Notes: a model not told the origin generated them from the letters alone. Counted from the first letter of the stretch, positions 25,898-38,890 are shown. The stretch is DNA of 64,000 nucleotides from Octopus bimaculoides (GCF_001194135.2 NC_068983.1:124494339-124558338), one strand, 5' to 3'. Numbers and translations: made by a program.

Positions 25898-26199
25898 TAT
25901 GTATATATATATATGTATATATTTATATATGTATATATATATATATGTATATATATGTGTATATGTGTATGTGTGTATATGTGTATGTGTGTATATGTAT
26001 ATATATTTATGTGTGTATATATATGTATATATGATATTTTTATGTATATATATGTGGTATCTTTATACTTTTTAATATCATTTCGGATTTTTCATATTGT
26101 TGATGATTTTTTTATACAAATATATTTCATTCAAGGTTTTTAAATGAGTTTACCTGATATAGAAATATTTATCTTATTTCTTTAGCCTTTAATCTTTGG

Positions 26200-27110
26200 T
26201 CTTGATTCAATCGAATGATATCTGAATGTAATTGTAGGTTCATTGTTGAATAATTTTAGCAGGACCACCGTTGCATTATGCTAGGATGAAGCATTATGAG
26301 GTCATTCTGATACATAAAAGTACACCATCTTTATGGCTTAGGTTGGTTTACCTATTCTTGTTCTTCCCTTACTTGGTTCTTAAATACTTAAATATTTTAA
26401 TATATAAATTTTGCTAACTTTGGATACACATCCTTTACCATACTTTTAATTTCCACACTTAGATCCCATTGTGACCTCTTTCGTTTTCCATTTTAGGCCC
26501 CTTTATTTGATAATCATAATAGATTAAGTCACCCCTGTCCTTCCTCTCTCTGGTAATCAACTCTTCTCTCTCTATATCATTATCTTACTAGCATCTTCTG
26601 AGAAATATTCTTTTATGTAGATATAGCTGGTTTTTAGGGCTACAGTAAAATACGAGTAGGGGAGAGTATCTGACATTAATTAATTTATCACCACCAACAA
26701 GAACTTAACTGTCAATTCCCAATGGACTTACAAGCTGCATTGAGTCTTTTGAATGTGACAAGGGTAAAGATGAATGTAGGTATATCACCATTCCTCTTTC
26801 TCGACCGCCAGTATTTTCTTCTGCCACTCTAAATTATTGTAGGCTTTAAGTATTTTTTCCCTAAATTTCATTCTACCTCCAAAATAGCAAAGAGAAGCAT
26901 TGTAATTATTTTAGTCTCTAGTACTAATGAAAATTTGCTAAAAAATTGTAATGGTGTATCCTGTATGTTGGATTTTTTTTCAAATTAATGCAAGCTTTTC
27001 ATTTATCAATTAAATAGAGTTGCTTGAAACGGCCGTAGTGCTCTGATACCTGGGCATCCTTGTTACTTATATGGTTTTTATTCACCTACTTCAAGCTGTG
27101 CGGACCATAC
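26200..27110 (-). pseudogene. Highly decayed RTE-like LINE RT relic
   Basis: Fragmentary motifs ILAV (~QILALRR), DTLPYSYFTVAL (~QGDTLAPYLF) and GRTRIGKP (~GRRR.GRP); many stops. Confidence 0.4.
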
Positions 27111-27168
27111 CGGACTGGCTTGGTGCCTCAACTTAAGTACCTAATTCAACTGAATCTTGATTAGATAT

Positions 27169-27683
27169 ACATACAATAAGATATTATAATAATGCATTAA
27201 TATATTAAGATATATTAAATACATTATAATATATGTGGCTATAACAATTAAGAACAAAAAGGTAAAATTAATAAATGAACGTGCAAAATAGCACCTACTA
27301 TTGCTAGAAATGAGAGTTAAAATTTTGCTCGAACAGCCACAGAAAAGCATTAACCTCATGAAATATTCGGTACTGCGATCAGCATGATACAACATCTTTC
27401 TTTGTCGAGATACATTCACAGAATGAAGTAGTTTGATAAAACCTTATTACGTGATTTCGAAATTTGACCAATATGATCTTGTTTTTCGTCAGAGGTTTCC
27501 ACGATTACTCCGTGTTAAAGGAGATAACCTACCTCCTATTCGTTCATGAGAAAAAATCGTTGAAAAGCTAGTGGTAAAATTCAAAACAGCTGAAATGTAT
27601 AGTAACATACAATAAGATATAATAATATATTAATATATTAAAATATATTAAATACATTATTATATAGGTGACTACAGCAATTA
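27169..27683 (-). mobile_element. 436-bp non-coding unit bounded by ~80-bp direct repeats (27169-27250, 27605-27683), containing a hammerhead; retrozyme or pLTR-only-like
   Basis: Both repeats start acatacaataagat and end caatta (offset 436). The hammerhead lies inside, and no ORF was recognised. Confidence 0.6.
27438..27498 (-). ncRNA. Type I hammerhead ribozyme, slightly decayed
   Basis: AAACCU CUGACGA aaaACCAAgaucauaUUGGUcaaauuuc GAAA UCACGUAA U A AGGUUU. Stem I is a perfect 6 bp. Stem III is AUCACGUAAU, one change from the palindrome AUUACGUAAU. The base of stem II is A.C instead of G-C. Confidence 0.7.
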
Positions 27684-27705
27684 TAAAATATATATATATA
27701 TATAA

Positions 27706-27980
27706 TTCTTTTACTATTTTACTTGTTTCAGTCATTTGATTGCGGCCGTGCTGGAAATCGACCCCAGGACTTATTCTGTGTAAGCTTAGTACTTATTCTA
27801 TCTGTCTTTTTTGCCGAACGCAGAACCGTGTGGTTGGGAAGCAAGCTTCTTTAGCACACAGCCACTCCTGCGCCTTAAAGGCAAAGACGACCTTGACGGA
27901 ATTTGAACTCAGAACGTAGAGACAAGCGAAATGCCACGAAGGTTTCACCCAGCGTGTTAAAGACTCTGCCAGCTCAGCAA
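27706..27980 (-). mobile_element. Adjacent SINE A (deleted, 27706-27875) and SINE B head (27876-27980)
   Basis: Family motifs on the reverse complement. Confidence 0.8.
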
Positions 27981-28467
27981 TAATAACAATATTCCTTGGA
28001 TAGAGTTGACAAATATTTTAATGCATCGCTACGTGCGTTTCGGCAAATTACATATCTCTTAAAATCAGTCTGTATTCCTGGGATAATTACAGTGTAGTCC
28101 GTAGTATTCTTGGGCACCTGATAGATCACCTTCATGGATTCGTTTCTTCAGGTGATATAGCATTAATGGCTGTTTAACTGAGGGTTGTTTATCCGTTTTG
28201 ACCAGTGAGAGAGTTGATTCAGTTATGTGGGTATTTCTGTGTGTATTTAGCGGGAAGAAGGGGAAGGTGATGGATAGAGAGGAAGGAATGATAGTTATAT
28301 GGGGTTGGAGGTGTGTGTGTGGTGATGGACTTATTTTGCTATTCAATCTGCAGATGTCAAGGATGGGTAGTACATTCGTTTGTTCAGTCTCATTTAAGTC
28401 TGAAGCAAAGTGGTCAACAAGTATGTATATACGTCTCTTTGTGTGTGAGTCTTTGTGCTTGTGTTTG

Positions 28468-28662
28468 ACCCCCACCGCTGTTTGACAACCTGTATTGATT
28501 TGTTTGCATCCCCTTAACTTAGCTGTATAGCAATAGATACCGATAGAATAAATACCAGGATTTAAAAAAGAAAAATAAATACCGGAATAGATTCGTTCGA
28601 CTAAATCCTTCAAGGTGGCGCCCTAGCATGGTCGCAGCCAATGACTGAAACAAGTAAAAGAT
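28468..28662 (+). mobile_element. SINE family A tail
   Basis: tttgacaacc..accgatagaataa..gcatggtcgcagccaatgactgaaacaagtaaaagat. Confidence 0.8.
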
Positions 28663-29127
28663 GAACGATAGACTATTCAAGTTTTACCGTTGTTAGTTAA
28701 TATTCATGACATAATAATATTTTAATTTAGATTACTATTTTCTAAAATATCAATTGTATTTATTATTTTTATATATATTTAATAATAGTGAGATCATATT
28801 TTCCATTTTCCTTCAGAAAATATTTCATATAATATCATTTATTAATCAAATTGAATATTTCCATTTTATTGACTTTACTATTTCTTTATCCTTACCTGAA
28901 TTTACTCAAGCTTTTTCTTCGCATAACTACTATTTCTGTATCATAAACTGCAGACATTAGCTAGTCACATTGGAATAAGCTTATTTACTATTTTTTCTGT
29001 AATCTGTCAGCAGTATTTTCCGTTGATTCCTGCAATTTTAAACGTTGGTGTCGTCTTTTTTCTCGAATATAGAAAATCATTGTTTTTGATGCTTTGAACT
29101 GTCGCATATTTTTCAAAAGTTAGTGAT

Positions 29128-29163
<36 letters not shown>

Positions 29164-29485
29164 NNNNNNNNNNNNNNNNNNNNNNNNNNNNNNNNNNNNN
29201 NNNNNNNNNNNNNNNNNNNNNNNNNNNNNNNNNNNNNNNNNNNNNNNNNNNNNNNNNNNNNNNNNNNNNNNNNNNNNNNNNNNNNNNNNNNNNNNNNNNN
29301 NNNNNNNNNNNNNNNNNNNNNNNNNNNNNNNNNNNNNNNNNNNNNNNNNNNNNNNNNNNNNNNNNNNNNNNNNNNNNNNNNNNNNNNNNNNNNNNNNNNN
29401 NNNNTTAGCAGAACCATATGCACGCACACCCATGGCGGTGGGCAACTCTGTATACGATTCTGATGATTACGGTTACATTACAAAT

Positions 29486-29543
29486 CAGGCTGATGAGGAA
29501 TAGACAAATGGTAAGAATTTGTTAAATCCGAAACTAGTTCCTG
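29486..29543 (+). ncRNA. Minimal type I hammerhead ribozyme with intact core
   Basis: CAGG CUGAUGA GGAauaGACAAAUgguaagaAUUUGUUaaaUCC GAAA CUAG U U CCUG. Stem I is 4 bp. Stem II has a G-C closing pair and a 7-bp inner helix. Stem III is the palindrome ACUAGU. Predicted cleavage is after 29539. Confidence 0.85.
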
Positions 29544-30164
29544 TTTAATAATGCTTTTTTAAGTGATTTTAAATGTCTTGCCCGCTCACGTTTTTGGTAT
29601 GCTGCTATATTTCATGTTGAACATTTTAGGTCTTAATAGACACAAGATGTGATCTATTTCTAGCGCATTAATTGTCCACGTTAGTGGTCGACGTTATTTA
29701 AAATATATATATATATATATATATACATGCACAAACATGTATATATATATAACACACAGAGGCACACACACACATACACATATTAATGTACATATTCTTC
29801 GTATATATAAATACTTATTCATTTATATACATGTATACATATATAAATGTATCTGTGTGTCTCTGTGTATGTATGTTTGTGTGTTGTGTGTATGTGAGTG
29901 TGTGAGTGTATGTGTATTATATTTCACCAATCATACATTCGAGCAGATGATAGCAGACAGAGCGTTGCAGTTTTCCGAACCAACAGAGAATTAAGTGACA
30001 AACTGAAATGTTGACAACAGTTTTTCAGTCAAACTGCTATGGTACGTTTCTCTGTAAGGAGTACAGGAAGAGGAGAAACACTTGATTAGTATTAAGCTCA
30101 TTATACATTATTGGACGAAGCACTATGGGTTAGAATCCCACCAACAGATAATCGTATATCAGAC

Positions 30165-30341
30165 AAAATGGTTAGCGACATTTCGTTTGCTTTTATGTTT
30201 TTAGTTCAAATTCCGCTGAGGTCGACTTTGCCATTTATCCTTTCGGAATCGATAAATCAAGTACCAGTGAAACACTGGAGTTGATACAATTGACTAGTCC
30301 CTTCCTCTTAAATTTCAGACCTTGCGCCTATAGTAGAAAGG

Positions 30342-30391
<50 letters not shown>

Positions 30392-30413
30392 CATTATTAT
30401 TATTATTATTATT
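30165..30413 (+). mobile_element. SINE family B with (ATT)n tail
   Basis: gttcaaattccgctgaggtcgactttgcc..gtaccagtg..gtagaaagg followed by (ATT)n. Confidence 0.85.
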
Positions 30414-32297
30414 CCTTAGTAACACAGTGTAGGTAAAAATGCACTGGAGTTTGTTAGTCACCTATCAAGTCACAACAAGGACCTCAGACTGATAATACTT
30501 TCCTTAAGATGTGCGCTGCACCCAATAAGGCTGCTTTTTTGCAAGACATTAATCTTGCATAAGATTTCCAGTTGCCTTAAGTTTTGAAGTTCCAATCGGA
30601 TTGAGCCCAATGGTCCGATCAACACTGGTATCACTTTTACACTACTCTCTCGCATTTCATACAGTCTTGCCATTTCTACTTTCAATTCGAAGTACTTGGT
30701 GATTTTTTCAACCTCTTTACTCACAACATTCATGTCATTCGGTATGATTACATCAATGATCTGACAGTATTTGTCTTCCTTATTCAATATAACAATAACC
30801 GGCCGACAGTGTTCGATTACACGATCCGTCTACCGTCTAAAAATCATAGTCTCAGAGTATCGTTACTTTTCCATCCTCCTGCATAACTTTACTTGGTACA
30901 TGCTCATACTAGTTCTCTGTTACTTCATATTAGTATTTACGGCATAAGAGCCAATGAAGATACACACACACTTTATCGTGGCGGCGCTTGTATTCTTTAT
31001 GTGCAAGGCTCTCACATCCACTTACCAAGTGGGTCGCATTTTCCACACTCTTTCCACAGATTCTGCATTTCTGGGTGTCCGAAATTTTATAGATGTCATA
31101 CTTCCCTGAATTGGTAGCTAGAGCCTGGTCTTGTGCAGCAACGATCAGGCTTTCGGTGGTACGCTTCAAATCACCTCACTCAAGCCGTGCCCACGATGCT
31201 GTATTGTCCTTAACGTCTTGTGTATTCATTTCAAACTGTCCATGCATTCTCATTTCAAGGTCTTCTTTTCTCCTTTCCTCAGCTCTTTTGTTAAACTCTT
31301 CCTTGCCCATCGTTTCATCTGCATTTACACCCTAATCTTTCACGGCACGTTGCAGCAGATCTTCATCACTATTTATCAAATACTCGGTAAACGTTCTCCT
31401 TTCACTCTTTATGCAATGGTTTATATTAATTAGTCTTCTGCCACCATTCTTTCTTTTCATATACAGTCTGTTTACGTTTGCGTTAAGGTGTAGCACTTCA
31501 TGCAACTTCATCAACTTTCTCGTCCTATCCAGTGCTGATATTTCCTCCTTAGTCCATTAGAGGATGGATGCACTATATCTGACCACCGCAACTGCCCAGA
31601 TATTCATTGCGGTAAACAAATGTTTGACATTCAGATTGGATTTCAACACCATCTTCACACTTTTTTGATAGACCTCGCTGATCTTGACTTTAATTTTTCT
31701 ATGTAGAATGTCATCCAGCTCCAAAATCCCTAAATATTTATACCCAATACCGTCGGATTCACCCATGGTCTCTCCTCATGGTAACTGCAATCCTCTGCAG
31801 GTTGCTTTCTTTCCTCTTTTCGTATTAAGTACTGAGCATTTGGTGATCCCAGATTCCATGCCGATGTCCCTACTGCACCGCTGGATTGTTTTGGTCAAGG
31901 AATCTATCGGTTTTCCAGATTTCCCGAACAATTTCAGGTCATCCATAAACAGAAGATGGTTCATTGATGGGCTTTTCTTCCCACATCGGTAAACCCATCT
32001 TAACTTTTCTAAGTGTCATTGTTATGGGTATAAGCAAAATTATAAATAGTAACGGAGAAAACGAATCACTTTGAAAGATTCTCCTTTTAATTTTAACTTT
32101 TCCAAGGAATATATTACATGAGTACAATTTGGCTTTATACACTTTCATGCCATGTATCAGAAACTTTGTGATGTTGTCTGCAACAGCAAACATCTGCAGG
32201 CATTCAACGATCCAAGAATGAGGCACCATATTATATGCCTTCTTAAAGTCAATCCGAGCCATAGACATGTTTGTATGATGTTTTTTACAATGCCTGT
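30414..32297 (-). mobile_element. R4/Dong-clade LINE (RT core to RLE), decayed, flanked by ATT-type arrays
   Basis: IDFKKAYNMVPHSWI, FQSDSFSPLLF, HLLFMDDLKLFGK, YKYLGI, WAVAVVRY, AAQDQAL, CRICGKSVENATHLVSGC, RRHD, IIDVIIP..KY.EL. Confidence 0.92.
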
Positions 32298-32315
32298 TAT
32301 TATTATTATTATTAT

Positions 32316-32383
<68 letters not shown>

Positions 32384-32402
32384 TTATTATTATTACTATT
32401 AT
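32298..32402. repeat. (ATT)n-(ACT)n-(ATT)n compound microsatellite
   Basis: Direct reading; lies at the 5' junction of the R4 element. Confidence 0.95.
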
Positions 32403-32479
32403 TCATATACACACAACAGATTAGAGTGTTGGAAAACAAAAATTCCCATCATCGGGCTGCAACAAGTACCCTAACCGTC

Positions 32480-33000
32480 ATTAATAAGTTTTCTGGAGCT
32501 GTACTAGATTGGTTTTATGGCTATTTCTCTTTTGATTTGCATAACCTACATTGGGAATCTACTTGGTTTTTGTCTATCTTGGCTTTTATTCAGTTAGTCT
32601 TTAATGCTTGATCTTGTGTTGCTACTAACTAACAAACTTTCTGTTTCCCTTTTCAACCGTCCTCTCTACAACCATAACTATGTATCACTACTATTAATTG
32701 TTGCAATTATCTTTGGGAATTTACCATGCAAAGCCTTTTCCTGCCCGTCAGATAACTTTTGTTCTTTTTTCTAATATTTATGTTTGCTTGGTGTTTTGCT
32801 TGGTGTTTTGGCCTTTTTTTCGATAGTGTTGGCATAACTCCCAGTGTATATGGGTCCCAACTCTTTTATGTTTGTAGATAACATTTATTGTTTCTTCCCC
32901 TTCACTACATATTCTGAAGTTGTATTTTCCTTCATTATGTGTTTCTGGTGGAGAGGCTTTGATCTTGTGCTGCAATTAAAAATCCTGCAGTCTTTGCTTG
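32480..33000 (-). pseudogene. Two stacked R4-like fragments (AQDQ/CCHC region)
   Basis: AQDQSL..CRICSEGEETI..HWELCQHY and LHGKF..LKRETESL..QDQALKTN..CRLCK. Confidence 0.7.
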
Positions 33001-33035
33001 GAGTCCTGAGCTTCTGAACCATTGTTGAGATTTTG

Positions 33036-33265
33036 CTTTTTTTATTCTTTTACTTGTTTCAGTCATTTGACTGTGGCCATGCTGGAGCACTGCCTTTAGT
33101 CGAACAGATCGACCCAGGACTTACTCTTTGTAAGCCTAGTACTTATGCTATCGGTCTCTTTTGCCGAACCGCTAAGTTACGGGCACGTAAACATCAACAA
33201 TCGTTGTCAAGCGATGGTGTGGGTACAAACACAGACACACAAATACAAATACATACATACACGCA

Positions 33266-33331
<66 letters not shown>

Positions 33332-33387
33332 TATATATATATGACGGGATTCTTTCGGTTTCCGTCTACCAAATGCACTCACAAAGG
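33036..33387 (-). mobile_element. SINE family A (core + microsatellite + tail)
   Basis: The reverse complement has gtagacggaaacc, (GA)/(TG), gcggttcggcaaaagagaccgatag and gcatggccacagtcaaatgactgaaacaagtaaaag. Confidence 0.88.
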
Positions 33388-33403
33388 TCTGATTATTATT
33401 ATT

Positions 33404-33615
33404 AAAACTGCAAGCTGGAAGAACTGTTAGCATGCCGGACAAATTGCTAAGCGACATTTCGTCTGTTTTTACGTTCTGAGCTCAAATTCTACCGAGGTCA
33501 AATTTACCTTTCATTCCTTCGGGGTCGGTAAAATAAGTACCAGTTGAGCACTGGGGTTGATGTAATCGTTCTCCAAAAAATTCGAGCCGTTTGCCTATAG
33601 TAGAAAGAATGATTA
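33404..33615 (+). mobile_element. SINE family B
   Basis: Head, core and tagaaagaatgattatt tail. Confidence 0.85.
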
Positions 33616-33884
33616 TTAGTATTATATGATATATTATAAGCCCTTAATAATCAAATTACCAAATGGTTTCTTGTCAGAAATGGAGAGTCAAATCCAGTTG
33701 AAAGGAAGAGTATGGCCTAAGCTCTTTGCCACTAGATGCATGAAACGGAGACATTCGGGTTAAGGGTCTTAGGGCTGTTATAAGAAATTGGGACGAAATT
33801 CATGGATGAACCTATTCAGATGAAAACTAAAAAGGAAAACAATATTAAGTGAATTAGAACTATGTCACTTGGGTTGTGACTTAG

Positions 33885-34250
33885 CTGGTCAAAAAGTGTA
33901 CATCTGGAAGATCCTGGAAGGAATTGTGCCAAATTTTGGCATTGAAAGCTACACCAATGCCAGAACGGGACGACACTGCATAGTGCCAAAGATCCCAGCA
34001 ATGCCATCGCGCTTCAGGACCAGTTACTGCAACAGCTTGGGATCCAGGGGCCCACAGCTTTTTAATATTCTCCCAAAGAGCCTGAGGAATCTGCACAAAG
34101 TAGATGTAGGAGTTTTTAAATCAAAGTTGGACCTCTTCCTATCGAGAGTCCCAGATGAACCTACCTCGCGGCAGGAGGTGCAAATGAGGGTTGCTAAATC
34201 AAACTCCATTCTTCACCAAGTGCCACATATTGTAAGAGGCTCCCTGTAAT
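33885..34250 (+). mobile_element. CR1-clade LINE 3' end (RT C-terminus)
   Basis: YIWKILEGIVPN..RTGRHC..GPQLFNILPKSLRN..FKSKLDLFLSRVPDEP. Confidence 0.8.
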
Positions 34251-34532
34251 AACAGTGTAGCNNNNNNNNNNNNNNNNNNNNNNNNNNNNNNNNNNNNNNN
34301 NNNNNNNNNNNNNNNNNNNNNNNNNNNNNNNNNNNNNNNNNNNNNNNNNNNNNNNNNNNNNNNNNNNNNNNNNNNNNNNNNNNNNNNNNNNNNNNNNNNN
34401 NNNNNNNNNNNNNNNNNNNNNNNNNNNNNNNNNNNNNNNNNNNNNNNNNNNNNNNNNNNNNNNNNNNNNNNNNNNNNNNNNNNNNNNNNNNNNNNNNNNN
34501 NNNNNNNNNNNNNNNNNNNNNNNNNNNNNNNN

Positions 34533-34590
<58 letters not shown>

Positions 34591-35000
34591 GGAGAATTAG
34601 AGTTTGGGAAATCAATCAACTAAGGGATAGTAGCTATCCAATATACTGCTGGTAATATACCCAATTATTAACACTCAAGTGCTGGTTATTGCGTGGCAAT
34701 TTTGCAACCGAGTGTCATATATGGGCGGGGTAAAAAGTGGTTTACCCTTAATTTTTACGACGAAAAAAAAATAGAGGGGATACAGAAATGACATACATCA
34801 ACCGGTTGACATTCTATTATGTCTATTTATTCTAAAATATAAGGAGGTATTATTATAATACTGCCTTTACATGTGTATGTATGTATTACAATACTTCCTT
34901 ATGTTTTAGAATAAATAGACATAATAGAATGTCTACCGGTTGATGTATGTCATTTTTGTATCCGCTCCACTTTTGTTTTTGCCGCATACACACACACACA

Positions 35001-35054
<54 letters not shown>

Positions 35055-35069
35055 CACATATATACATAT

Positions 35070-35113
<44 letters not shown>

Positions 35114-35156
35114 ACACACATATATATATATATATATCTGTAAAAATATGTGACAC

Positions 35157-35230
35157 TTATTCAGTAGCCATGATAAAACTCCCCCACCCTGGCATCCGAA
35201 ACTCGGAGTTTTATCATGGCTACTGAATAA
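35157..35230. repeat. Perfect 26-bp inverted repeat with 22-nt spacer at gap edge
   Basis: ttattcagtagccatgataaaactcc (35157-35182) pairs with ggagttttatcatggctactgaataa (35205-35230). Confidence 0.95.
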
Positions 35231-35782
35231 NNNNNNNNNNNNNNNNNNNNNNNNNNNNNNNNNNNNNNNNNNNNNNNNNNNNNNNNNNNNNNNNNNNNNN
35301 NNNNNNNNNNNNNNNNNNNNNNNNNNNNNNNNNNNNNNNNNNNNNNNNNNNNNNNNNNNNNNNNNNNNNNNNNNNNNNNNNNNNNNNNNNNNNNNNNNNN
35401 NNNNNNNNNNNNNNNNNNNNNNNNNNNNNNNNNNNNNNNNNNNNNNNNNNNNNNNNNNNNNNNNNNNNNNNNNNNNNNNNNNNNNNNNNNNNNNNNNNNN
35501 NNNNNNNNNNNNNNNNNNNNNNNNNNNNNNNNNNNNNNNNNNNNNNNNNNNNNNNNNNNNNNNNNNNNNNNNNNNNNNNNNNNNNNNNNNNNNNNNNNNN
35601 NNNNNNNNNNNNNNNNNNNNNNNNNNNNNNNNNNNNNNNNNNNNNNNNNNNNNNNNNNNNNNNNNNNNNNNNNNNNNNNNNNNNNNNNNNNNNNNNNNNN
35701 NNNNNNNNNNNNNNNNNNNNNNATATATATATATATATATATACGTATGTTTAAATATACACGTGTAATCATACATATACAC

Positions 35783-36045
35783 AAGCGCAGGCGTGGACGT
35801 GTGGTAAGAAGCTTGCTTTCTAACTACATGGCCCGAGCTTCTCCCCATCACCGCCTAACATCCGGTGTTGGTATGTTTATGTTCCCGTAACTTAGTTGTT
35901 CAGCAAAAAAGACCGATAGAATAAGTATCTGGCTTAACTAAAAATAAGTACTGGGGTCAATTCATTTGACTACAAAAAATTGCTCAAGGCAGGTCCCCAG
36001 CAGGGCCACGATCTAATCACTAAAACAAGTAAAAGATAAAAGATA
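35783..36045 (+). mobile_element. SINE family A lacking core
   Basis: Head gcgcaggcgtggacgtgtggtaagaagcttgc joined to the tail ..acaagtaaaagataaaagata. Confidence 0.82.
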
Positions 36046-36860
36046 TATTCATACCACATACACAAGCATACACGCGCGCGCACGCACGCACACACACGCA
36101 TATATTTATCCTAACAGTGACTGTTCATTTCTTACTCTCGTTTCTCTTGTTACACCTGTATCTACTCTACTTTGCATTGCTATAATTATTTTTCTCCTCA
36201 CCAGTCGCAATATAATCTATTTTACAAGCAGCAGTAAAAAACTAAATAAAAATATCCTTCTCTATCTCTGTCTCTGTCTGTTCCTCTCTTTCTCAGAAAA
36301 AGGATTTGCCAGAAGCATAATGCTTTTCTTTCTTTTACTTCACAATATGAATTCTACTGTGTCAACTCTATGGGAAATAATTGTCTATAAAATTCCTACC
36401 AGTAACTTACTAACTTAAGTAACATAAGAATCGTTACAATATTTGATTGGAATAACAACAAATCAAATATAACATACTTCTAGTCAATGGTAGAGATTGA
36501 CAAGTTCTTCATGACAGAAAAATTTGTAACACTGGGAAATATTCTGAATATGGTTATAATTTACTTTAGATCAAAATAATTAGATTGCTGCTAAAACAGA
36601 CATTTTCAATATCTGTTAGAATCATTCAAATAAATGAAAAAATTTTCTGAACTCAGGTATCAGATGGGAAAGAAAATTTTTTTAACAAGTTTCTCAGTGT
36701 TCACGATAAATGTGTATAGACATTTATTTGCAATGTTACAAATAGTTTTACTAATAAAGTTCAGTGCAGTAGGACACGAAAATTTACAATAACACTGTGT
36801 AACACGATTTTCGCCCTTGGGCAGCAACTGTTATTTCCTATTTGCTAACTCCTAGAAAGT

Positions 36861-37244
36861 GGCGGCGCAATGGCCCAGTGGTTAGGGCAGCGGACTCGCG
36901 GTCATAGGATCGCGGTTTCAATTCCCAGACCGGGCGTTGTGAGTGTTTATTGAGCGAAAACACCTAAAGCTCCACGAGGCTCCAGCAGGGGATGGTGACG
37001 AACCCTGCTGTACTCTTTCACCACAACTTTCTCTTACTTCTTGTTTCTGTAGTACCTGTAATTCAAAAGGTCAGCCTTGTCACACTGTGTGACGCTGAAT
37101 ATCCCTGAGAACTACGTTAAGGGTATACGTGTCTGTGGAGTATTCAACCATTTGCACGTTAATTTCAAGAGCATGCTGTTCCGTTGATCGGATCAACTGG
37201 AACCTCGGCATCGTAAGCGACGGAGTGCCGACAATACACAACAG
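36861..37244 (+). mobile_element. Full-length SINE family C (384 bp, tRNA-derived head) with 13-bp TSD
   Basis: A-box TGGCCCAGTGG, B-box-like GGTTTCAATTCC and an ACA-rich tail. The TSD actcctagaaagt is at 36848-36860 and 37245-37257. Confidence 0.92.
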
Positions 37245-38840
37245 ACTCCTAGAAAGTATGAAAAATGGCTAATATTTAGTTCAAATTTTGCTTTTGTTAC
37301 ATTTTTCAAATCCCAAAGAATTCCCGTCAAGACATGTCTATGATGCTCCCTCACTACACTTCCTCATGATCAGAGATGCGCATATTGTCATCTATTAAGG
37401 GGCATGCTCAAATATGTGCTATTGAGCAGAATATTTGCTGTAACGAAATTTCTGCTCCAGTAGCTCAGCGCTGAATCTGTCTGAAATGTAATGGAAGATA
37501 GGCCAGTATTTATAATACATTGATATCCAGGTCACAAAGTTTGAAGGGAACAGTAGTCGTTTCCTTTCATTTCTAAGTAGAAGCAAATAGGAAATAACAC
37601 TCACTGAACTGAACAACAACAACAGCGAAAAAGTTAAATAAAATTTTGTTACACACTACAATTAAAGAAAGCTAGGCTATTATATCTCTGGTCGAAAGAA
37701 TTTCGGCAGCTGCTCTGTGGTTACGTTATTCTGTTTATAGAAGCAAGCCCCACCAAAAATGATTCATATTTAAAATTATGGTTAAACTATGGACAAACAT
37801 TAATTCGATTTTTAATCCGTTAGTGTTTAATGTGAGATTACTTTTCCATTAAACTATTATGTAAACACGTTTGCTGCTGCTACTGAAATGGTTTAAATAT
37901 ACACTATTGCGGGTTCTGATTGTGTGTGTGTGATTCAAAGCAATAAATGTTCAATCATTAGCAACTGTGCTGAACGAGAGTTTGATATACAAATTTACTT
38001 TCTTTTGTTAGTGATTACTATCCAATATTATACTGCCCGATTAAATATATTATGCAATTGTATATTATGGAACAAAAATAAATAACAAAAATATACGCAA
38101 ACATTTGGGTTAATATGGGAAAATTGCAGCATACTACTCTACCTCCGGTATTCGAATACTATTTTTTCCCACCACCTTACTTCACATTTATGTACTTACT
38201 CTGGAATATATATATATATATATATATATANNNNNNNNNNNNNNNNNNNNNNNNNNNNNNNNNNNNNNNNNNNNNNNNNNNNNNNNNNNNNNNNNNNNNN
38301 NNNNNNNNNNNNNNNNNNNNNNNNNNNNNNNNNNNNNNNNNNNNNNNNNNNNNNNNNNNNNNNNNNNNNNNNNNNNNNNNNNNNNNNNNNNNNNNNNNNN
38401 NNNNNNNNNNNNNNNNNNNNNNNNNNNNNNNNNNNNNNNNNNNNNNNNNNNNNNNNNNNNNNNNNNNNNNNNNNNNNNNNNNNNNNNNNNNNNNNNNNNN
38501 NNNNNNNNNNNNNNNNNNNNNNNNNNNNNNNNNNNNNNNNNNNNNNNNNNNNNNNNNNNNNNNNNNNNNNNNNNNNNNNNNNNNNNNNNNNNNNNNNNNN
38601 NNNNNNNNNNNNNNNNNNNNNNNNNNNNNNNNNNNNNNNNNNNNNNNNNNNNNNNNNNNNNNNNNNNNNNNNNNNNNNNNNNNNNNNNNNNNNNNNNNNN
38701 NNNNNNNNNNNNNNNNNNNNNNNNNNNNNNNNNNNNNNNNNNNNNNNNNNNNNNNNNNNNNNNNNNNNNNNNNNNNNNNNNNNNNNNNNNNNNNNNNNNN
38801 NNNNNNNNNNNNNNNNNNNNNNNNNNNNNNNNNNNNNNNN

Positions 38841-38876
<36 letters not shown>

Positions 38877-38890
38877 ACACACATATATAA

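Noticed and set aside
27420-27600. Plus-strand peptide RVKGDNLPPIRS resembling a DEAD-box N-terminus
   Set aside because: The frame has stops and it is antisense to the hammerhead unit; likely coincidence.
36861-36935. tRNA gene
   Set aside because: It is the tRNA-derived head of a TSD-flanked SINE, with no acceptor stem.
37419-37622. 67-aa ORF with hydrophobic start after a possible splice acceptor
   Set aside because: No recognisable domain, no donor site or partner exon, and embedded in repeat-like DNA.
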